Part shown: one piece after another, positions 13,590 to 29,042 of the stretch | Layout of the letters: every line of letters begins with the position of its first letter | Position numbering within the stretch: position 1 is the stretch's first letter | NCBI GenBank assembly: GCA_964016885.1 | Contig: OZ024740.1 | Coordinates: forward strand, 272,614,001-272,678,000 | Source of the DNA: Eledone cirrhosa | Lineage: Eukaryota | Direction of reading: 5' to 3' | Length of the DNA stretch: 64,000 nucleotides | Made by a program: the position numbers and the translations under genes | The notes under the pieces: generated by a model | Seen by the model: the letters and a program-made list of their open reading frames with translations, nothing else | What the model was told of the DNA's origin: nothing | Database searches by the model: none

Positions 13590-15785
13590 TCAGTCTGTAT
13601 GTACTGACTCTCGAGCCACTACTGAGGAAGTTGGAGTTGTTGCAGGGCATTCCGATGGAACCAGGACTGCGAAAAGCAGCGTCGACCTATGCCGACGACG
13701 TGACCATAATGGTGTCGAAAACCTTGGAAATCGGGGTGATCGGCGACCTACATAGGACTATGTAGGAGCATGCAATAGTAGAAGGTTGTGTAACAGCCTC
13801 AGAAATCTCATCAGCCAATTCCAACTGGCTGATAGATATCGACTAGATTTCCCAAGTGCACCACTGTGGACATGAAGCAACCGAACTGGATCTTCTAGAT
13901 CGTATTTAGATAGATTTTTAATTAGACAAAACGATAGAGGAACATTAAGCTGTCCACAAATGCACATGGTTACCTATTCAGTCCACAAATTAGTGACCTG
14001 CATAGCGAACCTTGATAGAACACATAGACAGGGACCCGGATACTGGAAGCTAAACATGTCGTTACCGATGCGTAAAGCTTACTGTAAACGGATTAGCACT
14101 TTAGTTAAACGCCAGTTGACGGAGGCCATCATCAAAAGTTGGTAGTGCTCTCACAAGAGAACAATTAGAGTAGAATGATAGCCTTTAGCAAGGAAGTAGT
14201 TTTAAAGAAGAACAAGACAGAGAAGGAATTGGTAGCCAAAGTAGAATAAGCACTTAGGAGTCGCAATGCAACTGGAGTGCTAGCAGCGAAAACGGTCCTA
14301 GACCAGTTGTTCAATGCCAAACACAAAGGTTTCATTGTCAGAAGTGGAACGGGAGAATTCCCAGTTCTGTAAGCAGAGGCGTAGTAACGTTGATCAGGAA
14401 AGATGAGAAGAAAGGGGTTAACATAAGCAATTTAAGGTCCATAACTCTGCTCAACACAGTTGAAAGTTATGGACAAGGTGTTAGCAATGAGGCTGGCGCT
14501 CTTCATCAACAGCCTGGTGGTGGAAGCGCAAACGTGTGTAATCTCGACCATTACAAATCATGCGTTCCATCCGTCAGAGATGTGCACTATCCTCCATTCT
14601 GCATGTACTGACTCTGAGTCACCACTGGGAAAGTTGGAGCTAATACAGTGTATCCCGATGGAACCTGGACTGCGAAAAGCAGCGCTGGCCTATGCCGGCG
14701 ACGTGACCGTCATGGTATCGGAAATCTCGGAAATCGAGGTAATCGGCAACTGATTACAGGTATACAAAACTTTGACAGGAGCAAAACTAATCCCGAACAA
14801 GTTTGTCGGTTTGCAAATCGGCACATCGAGAGGCAAAGCCATGCCTTCCGACAGCGTCATTGGATGCTGGACGGAAGGACCGGTGAAATTTCTCGGGGTT
14901 TGGTTTGGTTCAGACCTCCAGGTGCGACAAAAACTGTAATGAAGTGATGGCGAAGGTATTTGCACTCACCCAGAAGTGGGCTGAGTGCAAATTCTCCTTA
15001 AAATATTGAGCCGAGGTGGCGAACACTTATATAGCGTCCGTCATCTTCTACCGCTTGACAGTCGTGCCTTGTCCTCGCGAACACCTCACCAAAATGGAAC
15101 GTCCAAAAGGACCTGTCCAAGATGTGAGTAGTACATTGAAACCGTTCTGCACACAATTGTTCAGTGTCCAGGGGTGACTGACCTGTGGAAATATGTCGAA
15201 CAGCTACTGTCACGTGTGGGACACATCCAGTTGTCAGCCGAGGCCATCGTGAGGATCACCCCACTGCCTTCATTTAATAATGAGGGAGAGGCGGTTTACC
15301 ACAGTCTGGTGGGTATGGCGAAGTAGGAAATATGGTGGACGAGGTTGAAAGGACCGAGGGCAAACACCTTCCGCTCCGGACAACAACTCATCCCCTTCTT
15401 TAAATACCACTTCAGAAGGAAGGTGAGAGTGGAGAGAGAGGTGCTGCACCCCAATAAATTCGCTGAAAGGTGGGTTAATGTGGCGAAAATGGCTCAAGTG
15501 AATTGGCCTTCTCTGTATATAAACCTGTATTGTTGAGCAAGACAAAAGAGGGAAGACGGGAACACCTACAAAACGTGCTCCTGATGTTGAAGGTTGTTCT
15601 ATCTATGGCGTGTAAAACAACTCCGCGCTAACGTTCCCCACTATTGGGGATTTCGATTGTGATTTTATTTTAATATATAGTTTATTTTAATTTATTAATG
15701 TTAAACTTTACACAATCTTTATGTAAACCCCGCCGCCACGTCTTGTAATGTCCCATTTTTTGGAAGCCCTCGTGGCAAATAAAAA
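13590..15785 (+). mobile_element. Rearranged, internally deleted Tx1-like LINE (RT piece, APE end, RT, C-terminus, 3' UTR)
   Basis: YADDVT at 13688; SYLDRF..VHKLV..GPGYWKLN (endonuclease end); LRSITLLN; AYAGDVT; ERWVNVAKMAQVN; AATAAA then TATC. Confidence 0.88.
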
Positions 15786-15820
15786 TATCTATCTATCTAT
15801 CTATATATCTATGTAGTTAA

Positions 15821-16354
15821 GTCCCCTCTTCAAAAACGAAGGAGAGGCGGTGTTTCTGTGCGTAATAGCCATGGCGAAAGAGGTTGTATGGTGGACGCGT
15901 CTGAAAGGACTGAGGTCAGACACCTTTCTCTCTGGCCAACAACTGGTCCGTTTCTTCCGATATCATTTCGGAAGAAGGATCAGGATGGAGAGAGAGGTGC
16001 TGCACCCCAGCCGTTTTTATGAAAGATGGGTGAAAGTGGCGAGAATGGCCCGTGTGAATGGGCCTTCACTCTACATCAGACTATAGGTGAGGAAGATGAA
16101 AGACCAAGGGAGCACCCCCTCTCTGTGCTCCTGGGGAGAAGGGTTGCACACTTTTTTCGGGGGTGTGTGCGACCCCCCAAGGCGCCTCCTCTCTATTGAG
16201 GATTTTGTTATAAATTTTATTTTGTTACATTTTATTTTATTTTTATATTTTGTTATTGCCTCCTCCTTATTGAGGACGCCTTGTTATGTAAACCCCCCCC
16301 CCCATTGTACTTGTCCCACTTTTTGATGCCCTGGTGGCAAATAAAAAGAAAATG
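15821..16354 (+). mobile_element. 5'-truncated Tx1-like copy with 14-bp TSD
   Basis: The ORF2 C-terminus is intact in frame. atctatgtagttaa occurs at 15807-15820 and 16355-16368. Confidence 0.9.
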
Positions 16355-17239
16355 ATCTATGTAGTTAACAAACTAGATTATCAGTGTATCTCTCCGTTCA
16401 TCAGCCACTCGTCTGCCAGTCTCTCTTTCATTCTGTGTATTCCTCCCGAACGACCGTGAAAGATAGGTTTACAAATATTTAAACTGGTTTATTTGATATA
16501 GTGTAAAGGGTGTGACTAATATAATATTTAATATAGTTTATTTAATGTGTGTGGCTAATATAATATTAAACTAGGTTTAGTTAAGATATTATGAAAAAAA
16601 TATACCATATTGTACCATGTTCATACTACCGCTTACTCATTCACTTTTAAACCCTGACAAACTACACACCGCTACCTTACATACCTTACATGTGCAGTAC
16701 TTATCATAATCACTATTATGTGTCCAATTTCACATGCACATATATATGTATACATACACACTCCAGCTAATACACATAGAGGGACAAACACACACATACA
16801 TACATAAATGTATATGGATTCACATACATATCTATCTATTCATCTCTTTCTCTCCCTCTCTCTTTATATATATATATATATATATATATAAACAAACATA
16901 AATTATCGAGATTCGCATTTCGGCCCACGAAATAACGAAAAACAACCTCCGAGATGTGCGGCAAGTGCTCAATGATTCAGATGAACCAGAGCTATAACAA
17001 ACGTTAAAGGCCAAACACACTGAGACGATGGTTAAACAATCATTCGCATAGCCAAAAAAAAAACGATTAAGTAATTCGGGTATTGAAAATTTACCCGGAC
17101 CCCTGGAAGGTTGGTAAAATCCAGTATATGGGTTTCTGCGGCTCCTAAATCAAGTACTGTCCGCTTACATAAATAATGTCTGGCTTCTGGTAAGATGATT
17201 GAACAAGGAAGCCCCTATATATATATATATTAGTATTAG

Positions 17240-17945
17240 GTTCTTCCGTGGCTTTCGGTGCATCGAGCAGTAAGTACTCGCCAACGATCCTGATCAACAG
17301 CGGTTTTTTCGCGTCCGTGCCAAGTGATGTTGGCTGCCATCAGGTCTTCTTGGAACATTCGTCACCAGGTATCCTGGGGCAACCCCGCTTCCGTTTGTAC
17401 CAGGTGGAGTCCAGTTAATGGCTATTTTCGAGTGTCGTTCGTTGGGCAGGCGCAGAATATGGCCAGACAGGCGGCACCGGCGCTCCGTGACCATCTTCTG
17501 CAGTGTCCATGACTCGGCTCTCAGTAGTATTTCTTTGTTTCGCACTCGGTCACGCCAGGACACACGAAGGATCATTCCCAGGCACCCCTGGTGGAAAGCG
17601 TTCAGCCGTCTCTCTATTTTTGCCGTGCTCTTCCAGGTTTAGCTCGCGTAAAGCACTGTCGGCGGCACGATGCTCTTGTACAGGCAGAGCTTGTTCCTGG
17701 TGCTGATGAATGAACACAACCAGACTGGGCGCATCCGCTGGAAAACTGCGGCTCCTTTGCAGATCCGACAGTTGATGTTGAGCTCCAGGTCACCATTGTT
17801 TACCAGTATGCTGCCCAGATAGGGGAAATATCAACTTCTTCCAGGTCTTGTTGGTTGACTCTGATTGCTGAACCTGTGTTTTTGGCTGTCCTCACCTACG
17901 TTTTTTGGTGTTCATTCTCAAACCGATATTTTCCACACTCTCTTG
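17240..17945 (-). mobile_element. RTE-clade LINE 3' fragment
   Basis: FPYLGS; ILRVSWRDRVRNKEIL..GHILRLPNERHSKIAINWTPPG. Confidence 0.85.
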
Positions 17946-18151
17946 TGCGGGGGAAGGGGAGGGGTGTTTCCACATTTAGCTGTTTATTAATTGTTTAACG
18001 TATTGTGACCACCCTGACTTCCGGATTCGTATTTACAACGTAGGATCGCTGTAAATTCATCAAGTGAGTGGATGGCGACTGCGTTATACGTAATCTAAAT
18101 TTATAATATATATACATCTACATCTTATATATATATGTATATATATATATA

Positions 18152-18414
18152 TTAGGGGTTTCATGAGATATGTGGTTTACTGAGAAAGGTACTAGTATTA
18201 GCACTCTATACTACAGCAGAGTATATACATTAAGAAGAACAAAACGAGGTTTCACATTGAGGTTTTTAGTGATTAGTCTCAGTTACGAACGTTTCAGAAA
18301 TGGGTGGCTCAATGACCATATTTGTGTTATATACCCGAGTCCAACTTCAATTTGCTCATCAGAGAAAAATTGGAATCTCATCTCAGATGTGAAAACCTCA
18401 AATTGTTGTACTTA
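18152..18414 (-). mobile_element. TA-flanked element with hammerhead-like core and long stem II
   Basis: The minus strand of 18283-18362 reads CTGATGA gcaaat...atttct GAAA cgttcg TA; stem I is not paired. Confidence 0.5.
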
Positions 18415-18427
18415 ATATATATATATA

Positions 18428-18759
18428 TTAGATAGTGAAAAGAGTACCTCTGTTGTATCTTTGACTAAGTAAATTAGCCTAATAATTTGGAGTTATAAAA
18501 CCCCACAGAAATGGGAAAACGAATGTGTATTAACGTACATGGGACACGAACCCTCATCTCTAGCTACCATGGCCATTGTGTTATCATTACACCAACACGC
18601 CACTAACACACATTTACATAAAATTTGAAACTATATAATCATACTGTATGAATACATATATATAAGATACAAATATAAATTTAATGGAAATACAACGGTG
18701 GCACTATTTCCATTATCTAATTTCAAATTGTCCGGTGTTTGTAAACAAAAGCTGAAAAG

Positions 18760-18760
<1 letters not shown>
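18428..18760 (-). mobile_element. tRNA-like element related to 3068-3469, with upstream TATA and inverted 3' end
   Basis: The minus strand reads ggcgtgttggtgtaatgataacac...gggttcgtgtccc. TATATA lies ~30 nt upstream (18632-18637). 18428-18458 is inverted relative to 18691-18720. Confidence 0.72.
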
Positions 18761-18834
<74 letters not shown>

Positions 18835-18845
18835 TTATTTTAATT

Positions 18846-18899
<54 letters not shown>

Positions 18900-18914
18900 T
18901 ATGTATATATATAT

Positions 18915-19001
<87 letters not shown>

Positions 19002-19006
<5 letters not shown>

Positions 19007-19234
19007 ATACTTTGGGAGGGTTATGTTGCCAATAAGAAACACACGCACCAGTTGCTTTCACTTCAATTTATTATATATTTATAAATTTATAAATTTACAA
19101 ATTTACAAATCTACAAACCTATAAATTTCTGGTTGGTTGGTTGGTTCCACAACCAGATAGTTGTTTATATATATAGTCATAGTCCTTTCGTCACACACTC
19201 TGTGACCTCTTCAGTGACAAATTCAGAAACGAAA
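19002..19234 (-). mobile_element. Family B fragment (hammerhead 19175-19218) joined to an inverted tail end
   Basis: Near-identical to 2101-2299, then caaattcagaaacgaaa matching 3034-3050. Confidence 0.85.
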
Positions 19235-19507
19235 TATATATACATATATATACCGTAATTCGGGCTGTTTGTTTGTTTACAAGCATTATAATAAATGTTC
19301 GGTAAACCGATACATGCATATATATATGTGTACATGTATGTATATATATGCATACTTCTGTAGTCTGTATACATATATGTATGTACGTATACATACATAC
19401 ATACTTACATTTAAGTAAGTGCTGTACTAAGAGTTAGAAATGAAATTTCGTTTCATTCTATTCCATTTATCCTTTTCGGTGCGCCTGGCCGACTGAACTC
19501 ACTCCAT

Positions 19508-19555
19508 ATGCAAATTAGGCTGCTCAGCCGTTAATATGCATAAGGAAAGTATATA
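19508..19555 (+). promoter_or_regulatory. Candidate type-3 Pol III promoter (octamer, PSE-like, TATA); repeated at 19946-19993
   Basis: ATGCAAAT, TCAGCC at +16 and GGAAAG TATATA at +42. The layout is mirrored at 57198-57246. Confidence 0.55.
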
Positions 19556-19590
19556 CTTTCAGACGTTCAACCATCTGGCAGGAAGGTATA

Positions 19591-19631
19591 CGATGCTGAC
19601 GATAGCTAATAAGCTTGAAACTAGTACATTG
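19591..19631 (+). ncRNA. Minimal type I hammerhead ribozyme
   Basis: cgatg CTGACGA tagct-aata-agctt GAAA ctag TA cattg. Confidence 0.85.
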
Positions 19632-20028
19632 TTCCTGTGTCAGTGTTGAACAAAAAGGTGACGTGGTTGCCTAAACACTGTACGGCGTAATTCGGGCTGT
19701 TTGTTTGTTTACAAACAAACAAACCGAGCATTATAATAAATGTTCGGTAAACCGATACGTGCATATATATATGTGTGCATGTATGTATATATATACATAC
19801 TACTGTACGTCTGTATACATATATGTATGTACGTATACATACTTACAGTTAAGTAAGTGCCGTACTAAGAGTGAGAAATGAAATTTCGTTTCATTCTATT
19901 CCATTTATTCTTTTCGGTGCGCTCGGCCGACTGAACTCACTCGTCATGCAAATTAGGCTGCTCAGCCGTTAATATGCATAAGGAAAGTATATACTTTTAG
20001 ACGTTCAACCATCTGGCAGGAAGGTATA

Positions 20029-20069
20029 CGATGCTGACGATAGCTAATAAGCTTGAAACTAGTACATCG
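20029..20069 (+). ncRNA. Minimal type I hammerhead ribozyme
   Basis: cgatg CTGACGA tagct-aata-agctt GAAA ctag TA catcg. Stem I is perfect and stem III is palindromic. Confidence 0.88.
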
Positions 20070-20344
20070 TTCCTGTGTCAGTGTTGAACAAAAAGGTGAC
20101 GTGGTTGCTCAAAAACTGTACGGCGTAATTCGGGCTGTTCGTTTGTTTACAAACAAACAAAGCGAGCATTATAATAAATGTTCGGTAAAGCGATACGTGC
20201 ATATATATATGTGTGCATGTATGTATATACATACATACTACTGTACGTCTGTATACATATATGTATGTACGTATACATACATACTTACATTTAAGTAAGT
20301 GCCGTACTAAGAGTGAGAAATGAAATTTCGTTTCATTCTATTCC

Positions 20345-21640
<1,296 letters not shown>

Positions 21641-21982
21641 CAAGATATATATATATATATATATATATATAAGATCGATTGGACCAGTAATCAATTTTTA
21701 ACCGTGATCCTCACGTCTGTTGTAAATTAATCTAAAACTTCGTTAGGCAATTTGAATTTTTTCCATTTTGATGATGCTATGGTGGGATTTGAGAGGGTTA
21801 TGGTTGCTATTTCTAATTTGAGGACGTTCATCGATTGTTCCCCACGAAGCTGTTCGTTTTCCTGATGATGCAATTTAAGTTCCCATTTATAGGTTAACTT
21901 TCGAGAAATATTTTCAAATGATTGTGCACTTTCTAACAAGTAGGGCTTCGGTACCTCCTGCAAAACATCAATTTATTCAGAA

Positions 21983-22198
21983 TATGAAAGTTGGCTGAAA
22001 AGTTCGTAAATGAAATGTTCATAGGCTGACCAAGATACTCTCATGGAATGAGCAAATGAGGTTTATTTTTCAAAATAGTGACTGAAAGGGAACAATGTAG
22101 TTATTAATAAAAAGAATTGAAATTAATGCATGCATGATTTCACAGCACTAGCATTACGAATCCATAGCCAGCCTATAAACTTTTCAGCCTCCCTCGTT
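21983..22198. mobile_element. Mariner-like MITE remnant
   Basis: Imperfect TIRs tatgaaagttggctgaaaagtt and aacttttcagcctccctcgt. Confidence 0.55.
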
Positions 22199-22692
22199 TG
22201 TAAGCATCAATATCAGGCAAAATACTGATATTTCTTCTACCTGGAGTATTAGCATTTAGAAAGACCAATGGAAACATTGTTTCCTCGGTCCGATTTGATG
22301 AAAGTCGATCAACTGTCGATACTGATATATAGCCTAAGACACGTTTTCTATTGTGACATGAACATAACACAATCGCATTTTCGTATTCCATTTGTTTTTA
22401 ATTTGCTGTATAATACGTAAAAAAAATATTTGAAGAATATGCTAAACTAAGAGAAACAAAAATGGGCGATTGGAAATGTTATTGAAGACTAGTTGAATAT
22501 TCTGTGAATGTCAAGGTGTTACCCTTAACATTAAGTGACTATGATCCAGATAATTTATCTACTAATATTCCCGTTCAATAATTGCCCTAAATTCGCTAAT
22601 GCCCTAATAACCTAGTTGCATATTTGGACTCAGCACCACTACATATACACACATGCACTCAAACACATATATATCTACATATATACTTATAA

Positions 22693-22738
<46 letters not shown>

Positions 22739-24130
22739 ATATACATATACACGCCTACATTACATAAATACTATGCATGTATGTATGTAAGTAAGTGGGC
22801 TTGAACTTCCGTTCTCCCCGAATCTATATGGCAGTAGCTAATGATGGCTTTGTTATATACGAAGAGATTTATTCTATCGCATATCATAAAGAAAGAAACG
22901 AAAATATATAATTTTATAAAGTAATATAAAATTTAAACAAGAAAATAACAAACAATAGAACAAAAATAAAACAAAAACAAGAACATCTAATATATATATA
23001 AAAAATGAATCTCGATAAATAATTCTTCCAATATGTTCTAAATGAAGAAAATATAGATCGAAGAAAATTGTCTGCAACAATTAACGACATATGTTTCACG
23101 ATGGCGCTCAGTTTCTGATGATTGATCTGCGAGTAATTGTATCTAAATTTGATTCTTTGTTTAACTACTTTGTTCCATTCCAATATATCCATTATCTTCA
23201 AGCAAATATAAAAGCTACAATGAAAGACATTAGTCAAAGTAATGTTCCAGTTATTAACTACTAAGTTTCGCTAACGACTTAAATCGGACAGATTACTCAC
23301 GAATTCTATGTTCTACATCAGCTGATGCTAATGTTTTCATTGTTATATCTAAAAATTGTTGCTCTTTCTTTACTTAATTTATTTATTCTTAATTTATTTC
23401 AGTTGTATTTTCTTATCTTTATTGATAAAGAATCTCATGAATATATCGCTAATTATTGCTACGATTTGGATTTGACAAATGGAGGACGATGAAGATTTGA
23501 AAAGGCTACAGTTTGTCTCGGCGTTTTTGGCACAGAAATTATCAAATCATTCATAATTTGTTTGTCTTTTTTAGCAGGTCAGCTAAATTAAATCTTGTTA
23601 AACAACTAACCATAGTATTGTTTAAAAATTTGATATATTTTTCTTGTAATATTGATTTTCTTCCTCTGATATTTAAGATTTTATTCGTATTCAGTATTAC
23701 CCTAAAAAGAATCATTTTAATAATATGGTCATTTTCTTTGGTCTATCAAACACAAGTTCGAAAGAGTATATTATCGCACCAAACCGAAAATGTATATTAC
23801 TATGTTGTCTCATATGTGATCATGTGAAATATATTCCTGACACTGATGCTGTTTCGCTTAGCTGCCCATCACATGCTCCTTCTTATCACATATTCATATT
23901 AATGGGTATTTCCTACCAAATAAATTGGGAATCCTGAGTAGTTTTAATTCATTTTCATTAATCTCAATACATTTGACATCCTTGTAATGGAGGTAGAAAT
24001 AGTTTAGGTTTCTATCATAACTAATGCTAATAGTTTGAACATATCCCACCCCCCAAAAAACAAAACGATTGTTAATTTTACAGCATTCAAACTGTTCAGA
24101 GCAGATGAGTTAAATTTGAATATGGTATTA

Positions 24131-24270
24131 ACCGTATATACTCGAATATAGGTAGAGGAATATGTGACCAAAAAATCGATGTTAGATGTTTCGCTTCTTG
24201 CCCCTTTCTCAGATACAAAATAGTGGAGTCGGCGTATATTCGTATCGTCATATATACGAGTATGTATGGT
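24131..24270. mobile_element. Tc1/mariner (Tc2/pogo-like) MITE
   Basis: TIRs accgtatatactcgaatata and tatatacgagtatgtatggt. Confidence 0.65.
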
Positions 24271-24821
24271 ATTTAACATTAGACGATGGATTGGTTGACT
24301 AGTTAGAGCTTCGAACAAAATGATTTGTATGATTTGTTTACGCTTTTTAAGTTCTGAATTCAAATCTTGCCGAGGTCAACTTTACCATTCATCCGGAATC
24401 GATAGCATATAATACCAGCCAAGTACTGGAGTCTGTGTAATCTTCTCTCGCTAAAGCTTTGGCCTTGAGCTTATGATATAAATATAAGTTAAATGGTCAC
24501 AACCAGCAAGATTTGTCTTTTTATCTCTAGAAATAGTACTATTCCAGCATTGGAATAAGAATAGTGGATACTTTGGTCAGGGGCCTGACTCAATGGGAAT
24601 ATTAGAAGACTCGTTCAATCTTGATTCAACTTGCAACGTTATAATACCACGTGATATGATAATTCTACTTCTCCTATAAAACCTTTGCAAATGTTGCACA
24701 TGTTGGGCGAGTAATACAATTAGAAAACATACATTGGACAGCCGGGTAGATGAATATTCCAGTCTTTGTCAATCCATTCTATTGTAAGAAAATCAACTCA
24801 ATGACAGGAAGTTTAATGTTC

Positions 24822-25105
24822 AGTTAGTCTGTCCCGAGGCCGGAAGCTAACCAGGTAGGTGCGTACCCCAGTTTCCGTGGCGTGAGGCGACTGAGAGTAC
24901 ATGATTCACCCCTGGACAGTCGCCAATCCATCGCAGTGTTAAGCCCCTGGCTATTGCTGGAACTCATTTCCGGCTGAGTATACTGGAGCAATATGAAATG
25001 AAGTGTTTTTCTCAGTAACATTACACACCACTCAGTCCAGGAATCGAACATACAACATTATGATCTTAATCCCCAAACCCTTACCACTAGGCTACGTAAC
25101 TTCAC
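24822..25105 (-). mobile_element. tRNA-derived CORE-type SINE
   Basis: The minus strand has A box tagcctagtggtaa and B box gttcgattcc, then CORE-like aacacttcatttcatattgctccag. ttaatgttcag is duplicated at both ends. Confidence 0.75.
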
Positions 25106-26141
25106 TTTTAATGTTCAGCAGTACCTTTCAGTAGGTTTTATATGGTTATTGACATGAGAATGAACCCAATGGGTTTCGTATTTCGTTCTGCTTTCAGAGA
25201 GGAGGGGTCAGTTAGAATAGAAATAAATTCTCTGTCAGCTTCCTAAACATCTTTGTAAATATTAACAAATTCCCCAAGTTTATTTGCGTCCACAACAAAG
25301 CCACCAACTCTCACTCGTATTTCCACTATTTCTGCCCTCACCTGAGTCACATCAAATCTCTTATTCCATTCTCTCAATTCATCTCATTACAACATTGATG
25401 CAGTATATATTCAAATTTCAACTCTCGGCTTCAACCGAGAGTACACGCATTCTATTTTGGATCCTGCACATCCCAGGACGCAGACCAACAACTATACTAC
25501 GATTCTCCGATCTTCTACATGCATATCTACAGAACAGATCTAATTCTTCTTCACCACCATCTACCCTGCTGTTGAAATCACGCTACTCTAAGCTCCTTAG
25601 CCTCGGCCGTACCTCACCCGACGACAATTAATTTAGTTATCGTTTTATTTATTTATATATTCGATTTGAAAATTGATTTCTTCATCTTAGAAGGTATGTT
25701 GCAAGACATGAACTATCAAGAGCACTTGCAGCAAATCACACAATTCTCTTTGTACCTGTAGTACAACAACAAACACCAACCTCAAATCTCAGTACACCAA
25801 TAATTTCAGCTGCATTATCTGCCAATACCACCATATAATCATATATTGCATAACATGCAGATTTGTTCGAGCCTTTTCCGTTGGGGAAAAAGGTCATCAC
25901 TTTGCTTTGTTCTCTAACACAATGTTACAACCCATAGCTTTCCTCTGAAATCCATCTAACCACTCTTTATTAACAATATCACGGTGTCCGGCATTTCCAT
26001 CAGATAGGTGACAGGACTGTCCAGGGAAACATGTACACATATCATTCACCTTCGAAATAGTTTCCCTTTACGTGCCAAGGAAAATTTATCCTGCTCATCT
26101 TCCCAATCCTACACACTCCATCTAATATTATGTATGGAACT

Positions 26142-26327
26142 GGTGGATTGGCAGTATCGGTAGAGGGTCGGACGCCATGCTTTGCAGCATAGTTACGTCC
26201 CTTTATGATCTGAGTTCAAATCCCGCCGAGGTTGACTTTGCCTTTCATCCTTACGGGGTCGATAAAATAAAGTACCAGTAATGCACTGGGTAATTGCTGG
26301 CCTTGTGCCTAAAGTAGAAACAATTAT
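26142..26327 (+). mobile_element. tRNA-derived Nin/Deu-domain SINE with 15-bp TSD
   Basis: A box tggcagtatcgg, B box gttcaaatcc and gcctttcatccttacggggtcgataaaataaagtaccag. TSD attatgtatggaact at 26127-26141 and 26323-26337. Confidence 0.88.
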
Positions 26328-26434
26328 GTATGGAACTTTTATAGTATGTATACCACCTTTCTCATAATCTTCTTACAATTTTATATTCTGCTTACTCTTT
26401 ATTTCATGTTTGTCGTGTTTTTCATATATATGTT

Positions 26435-26495
<61 letters not shown>

Positions 26496-27929
26496 CGTAT
26501 GTGTGTGCTACTGAAGACATGCGAGGTGAGAACACAGCTTACATTGGTTTTTGCATATGTATGGTTCGAAGTCAATATTCATATACGCACACGAACCCCC
26601 CCCCCCCCCACACACACACACTATCTCTCTCTCTCTCTCTCTCTTACACACACACACCACACACACACATACATACAAATGTTTAGTTATGCAAGATGTA
26701 CAAGAAAATATTAGAAAATATTTTTTCTTGTAAAGCTGATGACTAGTTTCATCACAACTAGTTTTAGGCTTGAATATGGGTCGTTTTCGAATACATATTT
26801 TTGTTAGAAAGCTACATTTTAGGTTTACTTTTGTATTGAACATATTCAGTGTTTTGTATTACTTTACTATATGGATAAAACTTTTCATCCATCTTTTAGA
26901 GCATAACAGAAGTTGAAAAGAAGGGGAAAACGGTCTCATTTTTTTTTTTTTCAATTTTCCCCAAACTTGTTTTTCAGATATGATTTCTTGTAGTATTTTA
27001 CGACATTTCGCAAAATAGACGACAAGCCTAGGAAAATAACACCAAACTGATTTCTACAGAGGAAATTACTTTTTTACTTGTTTTTGATTACTGATTCGAT
27101 GATTAAGAATTTTGTCCGTGGTCTCTTTGTCAATTCATGATTAATCTCCGTTTTCTGGATGCCCGGCTAAAAATACATTTCATTTTTTTTTTTGTGACAT
27201 TGTCGTCGAAGTTTCTGAAAATTCTTTAATATTAGTCATACATTCAAGCTGTTCTTTTTTTTATTTGGTTGATTCTTTGTTCATTTTTATTTATTTACCT
27301 TTTTATTTATTTGTTTATATATCTATTTACTTATTAGTTACTTTCTATTCGTTTTGAAAACTCATTTCGTTATCTTAGAAAAGTAAGTTGCAAGAAGTAA
27401 AATATAACAAAAAAAAAAAAAAATAATAAAATAAAATAAACAAAGACATGAATAAAATAAAACGAGAATCAAGATATAAATATGAACAAAAAAAAAATTA
27501 TTTCAGGTTTCCTTCATGAAGTTCCTTCAGATGTTGGGATTTTTGGTAATTTATTGTGACAACTTTTCATATTCTCTTCTGATAGCAATTTAGGACGAAA
27601 GAAATGTTCTGATAATCTCTCCTTTCCTACATCTATATTTTAAGAGAACGACGTTTATCCATAAGACCACTAAACAATTACCGATGGGTATAATACAAAA
27701 GAAAAAAACTGTATAAAAATATTCCTAAACAAAGCTAGTTTTAGGTAAAATAAGTGACCATTTCTCATGCAAAAAAAAAAAAAAAAAAGAGCAAGTAAAA
27801 TGAATTGGAGTAATAACAAGACCATAGAAGTTCGTATAGGAACATTAAACCAAATACAGAACCTCAACAAAAATATATCCACGATCGCATAGTTAGCGAC
27901 AACTCAAGGTTAACATTGAGTAGAACTTC

Positions 27930-28260
27930 AGAAAAGAAGAAGAAGAAGAAGAAGAAGAAGAAGAAAAAAAATTAATAATAAGAAGAAAAAGAAGTAGTAG
28001 TAGTAGAAGAAGAAGACAAATAAGAAGAAAAAGAAGTAGAAGAGGTAAAAAAGAAGAAAAAGAAGTAAAAAAGAAGTAGAAGAAGTAAAAAAGAAGAAAA
28101 AGAGGAAGAAGTAAAAGAGAAGAAAAAGCAGTAGAAGAAGAAAAAGAAAAAGAGGAAGAAGAGGAAGTAGAAGTAAAAAAAGAAGTAGTAGTAGTAGTAG
28201 TAGATGTAGAAGAGGTAGTAGTAGTAACTGTAGTAGTAGTAGTAGAAGAAGAAGAAGTAT
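27930..28260. repeat. Degenerate (GAA)/(GTA) purine-rich microsatellite
   Basis: Directly visible. Confidence 0.9.
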
Positions 28261-28544
28261 CACTTGGCTTGGAATTAATGTAAAAAACATACAGATTATC
28301 AATGGATAAATATATGTAATAAGGCTCAGCAAAAATATCCAGTTTACAAATATAATCTAGCTAAATATGAACAGATTAGTTGATTTAATCTATTCATGCG
28401 TAGTGGTAGAATAAAGAGGGACAAGACTTGCTCCTAATAGAGTCAGGGTCTCATGAAAACAAAATTGAAAAATATACTTCGCAAAAATGAAAACAGAAAA
28501 GACAAAAGTAACCAACACAAAAACAATGAAAGGAATCAAAATAA

Positions 28545-29042
28545 CCATTTCTACTTTTGGCACAAGGCCGGCAATTATACCAGTGCATTACTGGTACTTT
28601 ATTTTATCGACCTCGTAAAGGAATCAAAATAATGTTAAAGTATTATATAATTAGAAATACATATAACACATTTTGGAAGCAAAAGGAAAGCTTAATCTTA
28701 TATGAGCAGCATGCAGAATAAAACACATAAATACACAGCGCTTCTGCCAGGAGAATTCACAGTCTATAGTGGTTATCAAGCTTACATTAACCCATCGTAT
28801 TTGCTGCTGTAGAACGTGTGATTGGATCAAAACTTGAGAATCTTTGAAAGTTAAAAAATAATCCTTTCTTATATAGGCACAAGGCCAGTGATTTGGGCGG
28901 GGGGGAGGGGTCTATTAAATCGACCCCAGTACGTTGCCGGTGCTTTATTTCATCGATCCCGTAAGGATTAAAGGCGAAGTTAACCTCGGCGGGATTTGAA
29001 CTCAGACCGTAAAGGGCCTTGATTCTATCGATACTGCCAATG
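28545..29042 (-). mobile_element. Nin/Deu SINE copies (28545-28620 fragment; 28866-29042)
   Basis: Reverse complement of the 26142 family. Confidence 0.8.

Larger units (their letters stand above)
19253..20347 (+). mobile_element. Family C: ~2.5 tandem units of 438 bp, each full unit with a hammerhead (retrozyme/PLE-like)
   Basis: Hammerheads at 19591 and 20029 and octamers at 19508 and 19946 are both spaced 438 bp apart. (TA)n flanks. Confidence 0.88.

Noticed and set aside
25280-25640. 115-aa ORF or possible CR1 3' remnant
   Set aside because: Only faint LINE resemblance; too degenerate to call.
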